A stretch of DNA of 64,000 bases from positions 124,001 to 188,000 of the forward strand of contig OZ025703.1 of assembly GCA_964019335.1 (NCBI GenBank), read 5' to 3'. Under the pieces are notes generated by a model. That model was not told where the DNA came from, ran no database searches, and was given only the letters and a program-made list of their open reading frames with translations. Within the stretch, counting starts at the first letter, position 1. Each line of letters starts with the position of its first letter. Positions 1-11,500 of the stretch are shown here, one piece after another. This stretch comes from Diplonema japonicum. Its lineage: Eukaryota; Protista; Euglenozoa: Diplonemea. A program made the translations under genes and the position numbers.

Positions 1-1225
1 GAACTCTCAAAAGTACATGGGATGCAGAAGGAGGCTGAAGCAAGCACGCAAGCAGCGCTATGCAAGGCTGCCGCGCTGGAAGTCCTGCTGGAAGACGAGA
101 AACGGCAGCACGCCGAGAAGGTAGCCAAGGTATGAAAGCGAAACATGGCAAAAAAAGAAAGAAGAAAACACATCAACAGGAACGCGAAAAGGCAAAGAGC
201 GAGATCTCGGAATATAAAAGACGCGCTGCCGACGCCACCGATGAGAACAGAGACCTGCAAACTGCGCTGAGGTCGAGCAAGCTGCGGCACAGCACGGAAT
301 ACAACACAAGCAGCAGGAAGGGAACGGCAGATGTTGTCCAGCACCTACAAGGAGAGGTATCCATGACAAAAAGAAAAAAAAGGGAGAAAAAAAAAAAAAA
401 AAGGTGTTGAAGCTGCAGACGGAGCTTGACGACAGGACCGCAGAGGCGAACAAGGAAAAGAGCAGAGCAGAGCAGTTGTACGCCGAGCTACGCGGCGTGC
501 GGCGCGGCACCGAACTTCAAAAACTAACCTCGAGCAAATTGCGGTCGGAGCTCAGCAGCAGCGAGATCCAAAAACAATGCGCGGAACACAGCAAGGAAGC
601 CCTCGCCAGCGAAGCTGTGAGAATGCACGAAGATCTCATGGCAAGGGCCGCAGGCGCAGAATTAAAAACCGAAGCCCACGCAAAACGAGCAGCGAAGGCA
701 GAGGAAGCACACGGTCTTCTAGAAGAAGAGAACAAAACCCTGCAAAAGGAACTGCTCCGCCTGCGGCAGAACCTCAGCGGCGCTGCAACTGACAAGGAAA
801 CCATAACACACATAAAAGCCAACCGAGAAGAGGTGGTACGTGACCTAGAAGGCGAGGTCAAGAGTTTAAAAGAAAAACAAGCCCGTGCCACAAACCAGCT
901 TGAAAGGCAAAACAAGGAAATGGAATCCTTAAAGCGACAGAAGGAAGCACACAGCACCGGCGAGTCCAAAGCTGTGTCCATGCTTCGCGACACTGAGGAC
1001 CGCCTAGCCGACCTGCGTGGGAGGATCGTGGACAGCGCAGCACAATACGAGAAGGCTACCTTGGAAAGGAAGTCGTTGAAATATGAGCTAGAAGCTTCGA
1101 ATTATAGGGAAGCATCCCTTAGGACAAAACTGCACAGGGAAGGCAGTGTTGCTCTGCCTCCTCCGGGATCCCCTGCAAGAGGGGGCTCTGTGTTTTTGAG
1201 CCCTCATAGATTTTCAAGTAAGTAA
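1..1225 (+). CDS. Coiled-coil protein, 5' end outside the window; exons 1-129, 180-356, 404-1225 (3' end may instead splice on to 1339 or 1404)
   Basis: Frame 1 is open from base 1. Phase-0 introns 130-179 (GTATGA..CAG) and 357-403 (GTATCC..AAG) join the three E/K/L/A-rich heptad segments in frame. Confidence 0.8.
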
Positions 1226-1237
1226 CCATGTTTGTTT

Positions 1238-1281
<44 letters not shown>

Positions 1282-2068
1282 GTGAAAAGCTAAAGGACGA
1301 ACTCCCCCATTCCCGGAAGGAGCCGGAAGAGGAAAGTGAGGTGGAGTGCTGACCTCCGGCTCACGGAACTGAAGAGAGCAGCAGTGGGGAGTTCCCACTG
1401 CTGACGTCTGGTGTTGTGCAAGAGGAAGGGCCAGAGGAAGGAACGGCAGACCTAGGACCGCATGTGCGGTGGTATTATTAGATGAGCCACAGCATTTTCT
1501 TGTCTGTTGTTGCACGGCTTCCTCCCCCTCTCCTTATTATCGCGTTTTTTTTTTTCTTTTCTCCTGGTACTTCTCTTTCTGTCCTCCTTTTTTAATGTAC
1601 AAAAAAAAAAATGTAAAGTGGGATTTAAACTACACTTTCAGCTCCTCTCTCTCCTCTCCTCTCCCTCCCCGGTTTGATACACAGTGCTTTTTTTTTTCTA
1701 TCCCCTCCCTGACAAAAAAAAATGACAAAAGAAGAAAGCGCCATCTATCCAAAAAAAAAAAAAAAAAAAAAAGAGTTTTCCCAGAAAGAGAAGTTGGAGG
1801 GAGGGGTGTGGGGCGAGTTAAGGTTTAAAAGAAAAAAAAGTGCTGAGGGGGTTAACTTCTCCCCCCTTTTTTTTTGTAAGGTGTTTGTACTCTCTTGTTC
1901 ATATGGTATGGGTTTTGTTCCTTTTTTTTTCACTTTTTTTTTTTTACAACACCCCCCTCCTTCCCCCCGCCTCATGTACTTTTTTTTTTTTTTCGTATTG
2001 TACCCGAGATTCTGTTGGGAAAAAAAAAAAGAAACAGCCCTGCTTTAATCAAAAAAAAAAAAAAAAAA

Positions 2069-2648
2069 ATGATGCTCAGAAGGCTACCAATGTTCGCTAG
2101 GCAGGGAGCTAGGTTCAAGTACACCGCAGCGGTGGAGAAGCACTTCCACGACCCGCAACACAGCGGGACCCTTGACAAGAAGAATGTAAATGTTGGAACA
2201 GGTTTCCACGGGTCAGCCTCATGCGGCGATCTGGCAAGGATTCAAATAGAGTTTGACCACAACACCGGTCTCATCAAGGATGCCGCCTTCAAAACATTTG
2301 GCTGCGGTTCTGCCATCGCCGCGTCAAGCTACGCTTGCTCCGTCCTCATCGGGAAGAGCCTCGACCAAGTTCTAGAAGTGAAGAACACAAAAATCGCAAC
2401 TGCTTTAAGCCTCCCACCCGTGAAGAAACATTGCAGGTAAAAAATGGAGGAAAAAAAAAAAAAAATAATAAAAAAAATATACTAAATACAGTCTGCTTAC
2501 CGAGGGTTGCATCCGCAAGGCTGTTATCGATCTCCTGAAAAAACAACCAGAGCTCCAAGAGAAGCTTTCCGGGGAGAACAAAGGTTTGTATTTAAAAAAA
2601 AAAAAAAAAAAAAATGGTTTCACTACAGATTTGCTTGCTGGGATGTAG
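2069..2648 (+). CDS. ISCU: Mitochondrial Fe-S cluster scaffold IscU/Isu1; exons 2069-2436, 2492-2583, 2629-2648
   Basis: SCGD, FKTFGCGSAIAASS and LPPVK-KHC motifs; Arg-rich N-terminal presequence. Splicing 2437-2491 restores HC-S-LLTEGCIRKAV; intron 2584-2628 gives ...ENKDLLAGM*. Confidence 0.93.
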
Positions 2649-3598
2649 GTGATAAGTAAGTGTCAGAATGCAGATGTGAACATTGGGGGGGGGGGGGGGG
2701 GGGGGTAGTCTATGGCATAAGTGACACAGATTTTTTTTTCCTTATTGCAATTTGTAGTTATAGCCCCGCAGAGAAATAAAAGAAAAAGGGAAAAAAAAAA
2801 GAAAGAAAGAAGGAAGGAAGATAAATAAGTAAATTGCAGGGCTCGAGATTTGTTCTAGTCCTAATGGCGCGGGGGGGGATTAAAAAAAAAAAGAAGAAGA
2901 AAAAAAAAAAAAAAACCACTCCTGGCTGCCTAATTTTTTTAAAGCTTTTTGTTTCTTTGTTATGATGTTGCACCCTTATGGGCATTTTTTTTTTTGAGAC
3001 CTTTCAGGCGTCCTGCCACATACCGCAGGTACCCTTTAATGTCTTTTTTTTCTTTTTTTTTTTTTTTTTTTTTTTTTTTTGTTAGCACGCACTCCCTCCC
3101 CCCACGAAGGTGTCGATAATCTTCTTTTTTTTTTTTCTCATTTGAATTTCCTTAAGAAGCAGTCGGAGAAAAAGAATAGAAGTGAGGAAAACAAAAAAAA
3201 AACAAAAAAAAAAGAAATTTACTGGTGCCAAGTATGCTTTTTATTTTCTTTTCCCCTTTTTAGTTTTACCACCCCCCACCCCCCCTCCGTCCTTTTATTT
3301 CCACATCTTTTTCTTTCCCCCCCCATTCTTTCTATTTTTGCCTTTTCAAGAAATTTAGACTTTATAAAAAAAAAAAGAAAAATAATACCCTCTCCACGCA
3401 TCATACCACAAAAAAAAAACTCCCCCCCCTCTTATTTATTTTTTAGGAGGGTTACAAAGGAGAATTGTTTAAAAAAAAAAGAGAATGGCAAAGTAAAAAG
3501 GGGAAAGTCTCTCTTCTTCTTTTTTTTCTTCCCCCCCGTCACACATTTCTTCCCCCCCCCCCTTTTTTTTCACCCCCGCCTCAAAAGAAAATATAGGA

Positions 3599-4420
3599 AT
3601 GGATGATATCGTTGTAGATGCTATAGTAACAAACAACCAGATCCACCAATGGCCTGAAGGTGGCGGGGCTGGATATGTTGAAGTGCAGGCTGTTAAACAA
3701 GGGAAAGAGTATGACTGTGGCTTGGCCTGCGCAGCCATGGCAGTGATGACCATCGCACAGAGAAAGGGATTAGGAGGGTGGCAGGTGACAGACGTTTATG
3801 ACTACTATGCAAAAATCAGCAACAACAACACATCAATCTGGACAGTTGACCTCTTCATGATGCTGGACGGGCTGCTAAAGAATATGGGCGAACCACGCCC
3901 TCGCTTCACCACCACCGTGGCAGGGTGCAACCCTATGTACGCTGACACAGATTTTTACACTGAAAACTATATTGGAGATGAGGTCAGAGTGACCCGGCTA
4001 TTCAAGCAAATAAAAGAAGAAGGCTTAAATGTGGTGGAGGTGCAGTTGGAGACGTGCGAGGTGACCGCATTGCTAGCCTCATCGCAGGTTCTGCTTATTG
4101 CGCTGATCGATGCATCATTGATGCCGCAGGTGAAGCCGTTCCTCTCGGCATCGGAGTTCTTCTCGTGCTGTGGGTTGCTGACATCGTGTTTCAAGCAGCA
4201 GCAGAAGTCCTTGCAGACCCGATACAGCCCGCCGCCGCCCACTTCGGCTTTTCAAGGGCATTACATCCTCGCTACGGGTTACGACCCTCGAACGAACAAA
4301 ATATACATTGTCGACCCGTCTGGTGTGGTCGATGAAGAGGTCGATCTAGGCGATTTTGAACATGCTCGTAGTGCGTTTGGTACGGACAATGATATGATTT
4401 CGATTTACGTCGGGCCGTGA
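3599..4420 (+). CDS. GUCD1: GUCD1-like protein (Guanylate_cyc_2 / C39-like papain fold)
   Basis: VKQxxxYDCGLAC, SIWTVDL, QGHYILATGYD and ARSAFGTDND motifs. Confidence 0.85.
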   Translation: MDDIVVDAIVTNNQIHQWPEGGGAGYVEVQAVKQGKEYDCGLACAAMAVMTIAQRKGLGGWQVTDVYDYYAKISNNNTSIWTVDLFMMLDGLLKNMGEPRPRFTTTVAGCNPMYADTDFYTENYIGDEVRVTRLFKQIKEEGLNVVEVQLETCEVTALLASSQVLLIALIDASLMPQVKPFLSASEFFSCCGLLTSCFKQQQKSLQTRYSPPPPTSAFQGHYILATGYDPRTNKIYIVDPSGVVDEEVDLGDFEHARSAFGTDNDMISIYVGP

Positions 4421-4567
4421 CTTTTTTTTTTTGTTGTTGTGGGGATTCGATTTTCTTTCAATCGCGGGGGAGGAATGAGGGGATGTTTAAAAGTTTAAAA
4501 AAAAAAAATGGTTTTCGCACATGCGTTTTAAAAAAAAAAAAAAAACACAAAGGGGGTTTAAAAAAAA

Positions 4568-5098
4568 ATGAACATTCTGGATTTCGATTTCGGGAAGGAC
4601 ATCGATGGCAAGCCCGTGACGCGTGCCATGCTGGAGGGGAAGGTTCTGCTTGTGACAAACGTGGCATCCGCGTGAGGCTTGACGGAGTCCCACTACGGGG
4701 CTTTTGCTGAGCTTCAGCGAAAGTACTCTGAAAGGGGCTTTTTGATTGTTGCCTTCCCTTGCAACCAGTTCGCGAGACAGGAACCGGGGTCGACGGCCGA
4801 CATTAAAAAATTCGTTCAGGAGAGGGACTTCAAAGGCCTTCTCATGGAGAAGACCATTGTGAACCAATCCTTCACCCTCATGCCTTGGTTCTCTTGCTGT
4901 TGTTGTTGCAAAAACTCGGACGTGCACCCGCTGTGGAACCACCTTCAAGGCGACAAACCCATTTCTTGGAACTTCGAAAAATTTCTGATCAGCAAGAACG
5001 GGACGGTCATCAAAAGATTTGCCCCCAAAGAGGGCGTTAACAAATCGGAAAAAATGCCGACCAACGAACTTACTGCAGAGATAGAGAAGGCTTTGTAA
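4568..5098 (+). CDS. GPX: Glutathione peroxidase with in-frame TGA (4673-4675) at the catalytic position: probable selenoprotein
   Basis: ATG 4568 reads MNILDFDFGKDIDGKPVTRAMLEGKVLLVTNVASA-TGA-GLTESHY and continues in frame into AFPCNQFARQEPG and ISWNFEKFLI. The ORF track only picked up the part after the TGA. Confidence 0.9.
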
Positions 5099-5845
5099 GG
5101 GAAAAAAAAAAAATAAAAACAAAAACACAAAAAAAATAAAATATTGCAAACGCTGATGTCATCAGTTGTCGCGGGAAAAAAAAAAAAAGAAGAAAAAGAA
5201 AATCTCGGTTCTTGCACATTGGGTAGTTTTTACCATTCTCTTTTTTAAAAAAAAAAAAGAACTAAAATTTTGTTTTTTCTCTCCTTTCTTTCTTTTGGGG
5301 GTGGGTGGTTTCTTTTTCTTTCTTCTTTTTTTTTTCATGGCGTCTTTTCTTCCTTTCTCCTTTCTTTTTTTTTTCTTCCCTCCTTTTTTTTTTTTTTTTT
5401 TCTTCCTCAATCCTACACGCTGTAGGAGGATGAGAGAGGAAGGAGGGAAGGGAAAATAAAAAAAAAGAAGACCCTATGTGATGCTCTGGGGTTCATTGGC
5501 ACAAAACTTTTACAATATTTTTTTTTCCTTTTCACATGAAGGAGAAAAAAAAAAAAGTAAGCCCCCCATAAAGCGGAAAATAAAAAAAAAGGGGGAAAAG
5601 AACGCCAAAAAAAAAAAATGAATAGGGAAAAAAAAAAAAAAAGAAATACCCCTCCAACGGAACTTTTTACTTATTAATTTTTGGAACTCACACCACAAGA
5701 GGCTGTCCTCGAGTGGGATTGTCTTTTACTATGAGTAATTTTTAAAAAAATGACGACATATAATTTTTTTTATCAATCCTAACAGGATATAGGGAAAAAA
5801 GAAGGAAGCCCTTCTTTCTTCTATAAAAAAAAAAAGAAAAAAAAA

Positions 5846-7741
5846 ATGCATGTATCCTGCAGAAACCGCCAAATCATAGATGTAAATCTGAGCGCGGTCT
5901 TCGCCACCAATGAAGAAAGAGGTGCGCTGGCGATGGTAAAGTCCTTGGATCTCGGCGAGAACGAAATAACACATATCAGCGGCCTCCAACCCTTCGTATC
6001 ACTAAGCGCAATCGACCTCTCCTCCAACAAACTTGTTTCATTGAAAGGCCTACCGCTAGGCCTCGTCCGACTTATGGTGGGAAAAAACCAGCTAAGCAAT
6101 CTTGAAGGCCTCTCGGCTCTCCCGTTTCTACAGGAGCTTGACGTTTCACACAACAGGCTAACTGAACTGAAAGGCCTTCCAAAATCATCCCCGGTAACCA
6201 TCTTAAAGCTATCCCACAACAGGCTCCCCAACACACAGGGTCTACAAGCACTTTCTCAACTACAAATTCTTGAACTGGACAACAATTACATCTGTTTGAC
6301 AGAAGACCTCAAATCTCTTGTGAAATGCACGAATCTGAGAACATTAACGCTAAAGGGCAACCCATGCGCGGATCACCCAGCATATCGTGTAACAGTAGCA
6401 CATATGATTCCGTCGTTGGTAACTCTAGATGGACAACCTGTACAAAGAAACAACAATCCAAAGGCCGCACGCCCGTGGAGGGTTGGTCGTGAACATGAAA
6501 CAATAGATTACAGCAACACATCACGCACGAAATCACCGCTTCGGTCCCCAAGAACGCCGAGGAGTACATCGCGTACAACGACACCAAGGAGGAGCGGGAC
6601 CCCCAACAGGGCAAACCCTTCAACACCGCGAAACACGACTCCGAAAAGACGCGCTTCTCTTTCAAGAGGAGCATCCACCACAACCCTGCAGAAAGAGGTC
6701 AGCCACAGCACACTCCCCAACGCCGGTCTGCAATACAGCACCAACAGTGTCGTCGAACAGCACGACATCCAACAACAGCTTCAAACACAACTTCAACAGA
6801 TTCAACTTCAACAACAACAACAAGGCGCGGTCCCTTTACAAACTACACGGGACATGTCCTTCGAGTCTGTAAAGGGGAAGCTTGACGAACAGCAGCAGCA
6901 CATCTCCCATACAAGTAAACAACAGTCCAATAGTGTTGGGGAACTGCGCCGGTTGTTGGAAGACGAGCACAAGCTGACCGCAAACCTCGAAAAGCAAAAA
7001 AGGAAAGCGGAGACTGCCCTGTCGGAGACCCGCCGGGTTCTCGCTGCAGAGCTTGCAAAACTCAACCAAGTCAAACAGGAACGTGATAAACTGAAACAAG
7101 AAAACGATGAACTGAAGGGAAAATGCGAGAAGCACCAACGAGACTACAAGTACGCACATGCAAAGCTTACAGAGGTGCGAGACAAACATCAACGGGAAGT
7201 GGAAACGCTGCAAATAAACCACCAGGCAAAGATCAGTGAGATAGCCGTGAAATCGAAGAGAAGAGACGCAACTAGAGACGAGAGCACCGTAGCCCAGATG
7301 GAGTGGGAGGAGGAACGGATGAAACTCATCGAAATGGTGAGGCATCTAGAGGACCAAAACACAACACTATTGAACCTATCAGTGCATCAACAACAAACAA
7401 CAGCCGTTCCTGCGGCGCCATCTGCAGTGGCAGCCCCCGTGCCTCCCGAAGAGTCCGTCCAGTGGAGCGATGAAGGGCACTCTGAGGACAACACATCTCA
7501 GCAGATACAATTTGCGGTAGGTCTTAAAAAGTGGCTTATGAGTGAGCTTCAGAAGCAGTCCCCTTCTGCTGCACCTGCGTCCCAGCTCAATTCCACTGCT
7601 CCGCCAACCTCTTTCCCTTTGGGGCGATCCTCGCCTCCTCGGGCTTCTAAACTTGACGAGATGCAGCAGCCATCGAACTTAGAAGCGTTGTGGTCACATA
7701 ATTTGTCTTTGCTACAGGTATGGAATGGGGTAGAAGAAGGG

Positions 7742-7774
<33 letters not shown>

Positions 7775-7813
7775 AAACAGACGCAGCAATCAGCGCAAGG
7801 GACCACACAGTAG
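5846..7813 (+). CDS. SDS22-type leucine-rich-repeat protein with LRRcap and coiled coil; intron 7718-7780
   Basis: Repeated LxLxxNxL units, GNPCADHPAYRVTVAHMIPSLVTLDG cap and a long coiled coil. The poly-Lys near the end is an in-frame GTATGG..CAG intron. Confidence 0.85.
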
Positions 7814-8235
7814 ATATAGATTTAGATTTTTTTTTCTTCTCCTTATTGACCTATGAATTATGATGTATTTTTATTTTATTTTATATTTGTATTCCCCCCT
7901 GCCCACCCCCAGGGGTATTTGTTTTCAACAGTTTTTCTTTTTTCTTTTTTTTTTTCTTTCTTTCCACAACGCAAAAAAAAAAAAAAAAAAAGAGGAAAAA
8001 AAAAGAAATTTTTTCGGGATTAAAGTGAAACAGATTTTTTGTTTTTGTTTTTGTTTTTTTATTTTCCTCAACTTTTAAGATTGCCTCGTTCGGGCTAGAA
8101 CTTCAACAAGGTTTTCATCACAATACGGTGGATGAAAAACTAGGCTGGGGGTATCGAAAAACTTTATTTTCCCTCAAAAAAAAGTCGCGTTAAACCAAAC
8201 TTAAAGTTTACCACCGTTCTGTTGGTTTCTCTCTC

Positions 8236-8288
<53 letters not shown>

Positions 8289-8500
8289 CCAAAGTACACG
8301 GAAGGGAACAAAACAAAAAACAAAAGTTTCATGCCAAACCAAAAAAAAAAAAAGCTTCTATTTCTTCCCCCCCCCGCCCTCCATTCAAATATATATAAAA
8401 AAAAGTGTTAAACAAAAATCTTCTTTTTTTTTTTCGTTTCTATTTTTAATACGTCTTATAATTATCACCCAAAGCCAAAAAAAAAAAAAAAAAAAAAAAA

Positions 8501-11500
8501 ATGCCCGATCCTGAAAGGGATGTAAAAGTAGAAGAGAAAGAGGGAAACCTTGAGGTCTCCATGCTCATCCCCGAGGTAGCAAGCGTTGCAGAATTGTCAG
8601 TCGATTTATACGACAGCAAGTTGAAGGTGATCATCAACCGCCCGTACCGCGTAGCAAGCGTTGTGGAGCTCCAGAAAAGCGTTGAGGGTGCGACGGCAAG
8701 CGCCCGGTATTCCGGGTCAATGAAGAAGCTGGTGATAACGTTGAAGCTCTCAGAAAGGCGGAGAAGCTCAACAGGAGTTGAGGCAAAACGAATGGAAATT
8801 CTTCTACAAAGGTACAACGAAGGAGAACGGCACTGCGAGTTCAAAACAGAGGGGAACAAAAGGGTGCTCGGCGAGGTCTTTGTACCAGAGATCACCAACA
8901 TCAAAGACTGCACCCTGTACTTCACTCGGACCCACTTGACAATCGTGTCGCAAACAGATGGAAACCTTGTCCAGCAGATAAAATTCAACGGTCTTCGGAT
9001 CATCCCTTCAACGTCCACTGCGAAATTTTCTACTAGAACATCTCTCTTGACTATTCTGGCAAACGCTTTAACATCTCAAGATGAATCGGAAACGACAACA
9101 CTATCGGTTCAAAAGGAAACCTCCTCTGCCCTCGGCCTAGAGTTCTACCCCGGAACCTCGTTGGTCTCAGCCTGCCTTTCAGATTCCATCCTCAAGCATT
9201 CTCCTCGTGTGGTAGGGGACGTGTTGCAGTCCATCAACGAGATCGATGTCACCACCCAGATCCCCAACATCAACGAAATATTCGAATCACTGGAGCCCGG
9301 TGAGGTCCGTCTTGAGTTCTTCCAGCCATACCGGTCGCTTATCTCCGCGTCTTCGTTTCTCAGTTCTGTTCTGGAAACACGTTTAAACGACATGACTGAA
9401 GCCTTGCAGGGCAGCGGCGGCGGTGATCGTTTTACATCGGTGTCCTATACTGGTGGTGTTCCAGACCGTCCGGCTTTTTTCGTGTCTGTGATATTCCTCC
9501 CCGAGGTGGCATCTGCGGGTGACGTGGATGTTTATATGACGAACAACCCGACCCCGCATATGCATGTGTCGTTGAGGGACACCCCTACGCCTCTTTTCTC
9601 GCTCGCCCTCTCTCACACCATCAACACCAGCACCACGTACAAACACTTCTCCGTGCACCAAAAGCTGCTCACCATCGAAGCAGATGTTCTCAGCGATCAC
9701 AACAAGGTGCGCTCCCTTGCAGCTGTTTACCAAGGTTCCCCTGCGTCCCGCAACATCATCATCCTCTTCGGCCCCCCTGGTGCAGGGAAAGGCTCCCAAG
9801 CACCTAAAATCGTTGAAGCACTTGGCATACCACAGCTGTCGACAGGAGACATGCTTCGGGCTGCTGTTGCTGCGAAAACAGAAGCGGGGCTGGCGGCACA
9901 ATCAGTGATGGCTGCTGGGGGTCTTGTCTCTGATGAGATTGTGATGGGCATTGTGAAGGACAGGATCCTTGAAGACGACTGCAGGAAGGGGTTCATCCTT
10001 GACGGCTTCCCTCGAACAATGGAACAGGCAAAGATGCTGGATGAGCTTCTGAAGGCAACACAAGAAGCTGTGGGCACTGTTCTGTCACTCGATGTCCCTG
10101 ACAGCATTCTTGAGGAGAGGATCTGTGGGAGGTGGATCCACAAGGCTTCTGGGCGGTCTTACCATGTGAAGTTTTCACCCCCTAAGTCGTTGGCTGGGAG
10201 AGAGGCTTCTACCGAAACGATGCTTGATGATGAGACAAGTGAACCACTTGTTCAACGGGCTGACGACACTGCTGAGGCATTGAAGTCTCGACTTGAAGCT
10301 TATCACAAGCAAACTGTTCCTCTGTTGGGCCATTATGAAGCTGTTGTGAAGTCTGTTGATGGGAACAAGGACAAGGGACTCATCTGGCGGGACATAGTTT
10401 CTGTGCTGTCCATTGAGGTGAAACCGGCAAAGGAAGAACCTAAAGCAGTTGAGCCTGTGAAGGAAGAGGAGAGAGGTGTTGAGCCAACAGCAAAGAGCTC
10501 CAACAGGAGGATACTCATCATGTTTGGCCCCCCTGGTGCAGGGAAAGGCTCCCAAGCACCAAAGATCGTTGAAGCACTTGGCATACCACAGCTGTCGACA
10601 GGAGACATGCTTCGGGCTGCTGTTGCTGCGAAAACAGAAGCGGGGCTGGCGGCACAATCAGTGATGGCTGCTGGGGGTCTTGTCTCTGATGAGATTGTGA
10701 TGGGCATTGTGAAGGACAGGATCCTTGAAGACGACTGCAGGAAGGGGTTCATCCTTGACGGCTTCCCTCGAACAATGGAACAGGCAAGGATGCTGGATGA
10801 GCTTCTGAAGGCAACACAAGAAGCTGTGGGCACTGTTCTGTCACTCGATGTCCCTGACAGCATTCTTGAGGAGAGGATCTGTGGGAGGTGGATCCACAAG
10901 GCTTCTGGGCGGTCTTATCATGTGAAGTTTTCACCTCCTAAGTCGTTGGCTGGGAGAGAGGCTTCTACCGAAACGATGCTTGATGATGAGACAAGTGAAC
11001 CACTTGTTCAACGGGCTGACGACACTGCTGAGGCATTGAAGTCTCGACTTGAAGCTTATCACAAGCAAACTGTTCCTCTGTTGGGCCATTATGAAACTGT
11101 TGTGAAGTCTGTTGATGGGAACAAGGACAAGGGACTCATTTGGGATGACATCCGCAATGCTCTTCAACTGGGTGCCTCTGACGAGGTGAAGTTATCTGGA
11201 CTACAACTCCTCGGGGAGGTCAGTACGGATCAGGATTATATCAACTTCTTGTGCGAAAGCGATTATAGAAACATCATCATCCTCTTCGGCCCCCCTGGTG
11301 CAGGGAAAGGCTCCCAAGCACCTAAAATCGTTGAAGCACTTGGCATACCACAGCTGTCGACAGGAGACATGCTTCGGGCTGCTGTTGCTGCAAAAACAAA
11401 AGCGGGACTGGCGGCACAGTCGGTGATGGCTGCTGGGGGTCTTGTCTCTGATGAGATTGTGATGGGCATTGTGAAGGACAGGATCCTTGAAGACGACTGC

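Noticed and set aside
1290-1481. Frame reading ...EVEC-TGA-PPAHG... as a possible Cys-Sec selenoprotein exon
   Set aside because: No phase-compatible donor, no homology and no SECIS; chance is sufficient.
4673-4675. Genome-wide TGA reassignment or GPx pseudogene
   Set aside because: TGA terminates several genes here (e.g. 4420, 26931, 28893, 51225), and the single in-frame TGA falls exactly on the known Sec position in an otherwise intact gene.
5731-5759. ATGAG-stem-AA-stem-CGAC as the SECIS
   Set aside because: Helix is only about 8 bp, AT-only with a mismatch, and lies within 90 nt of the next ATG; not convincing.
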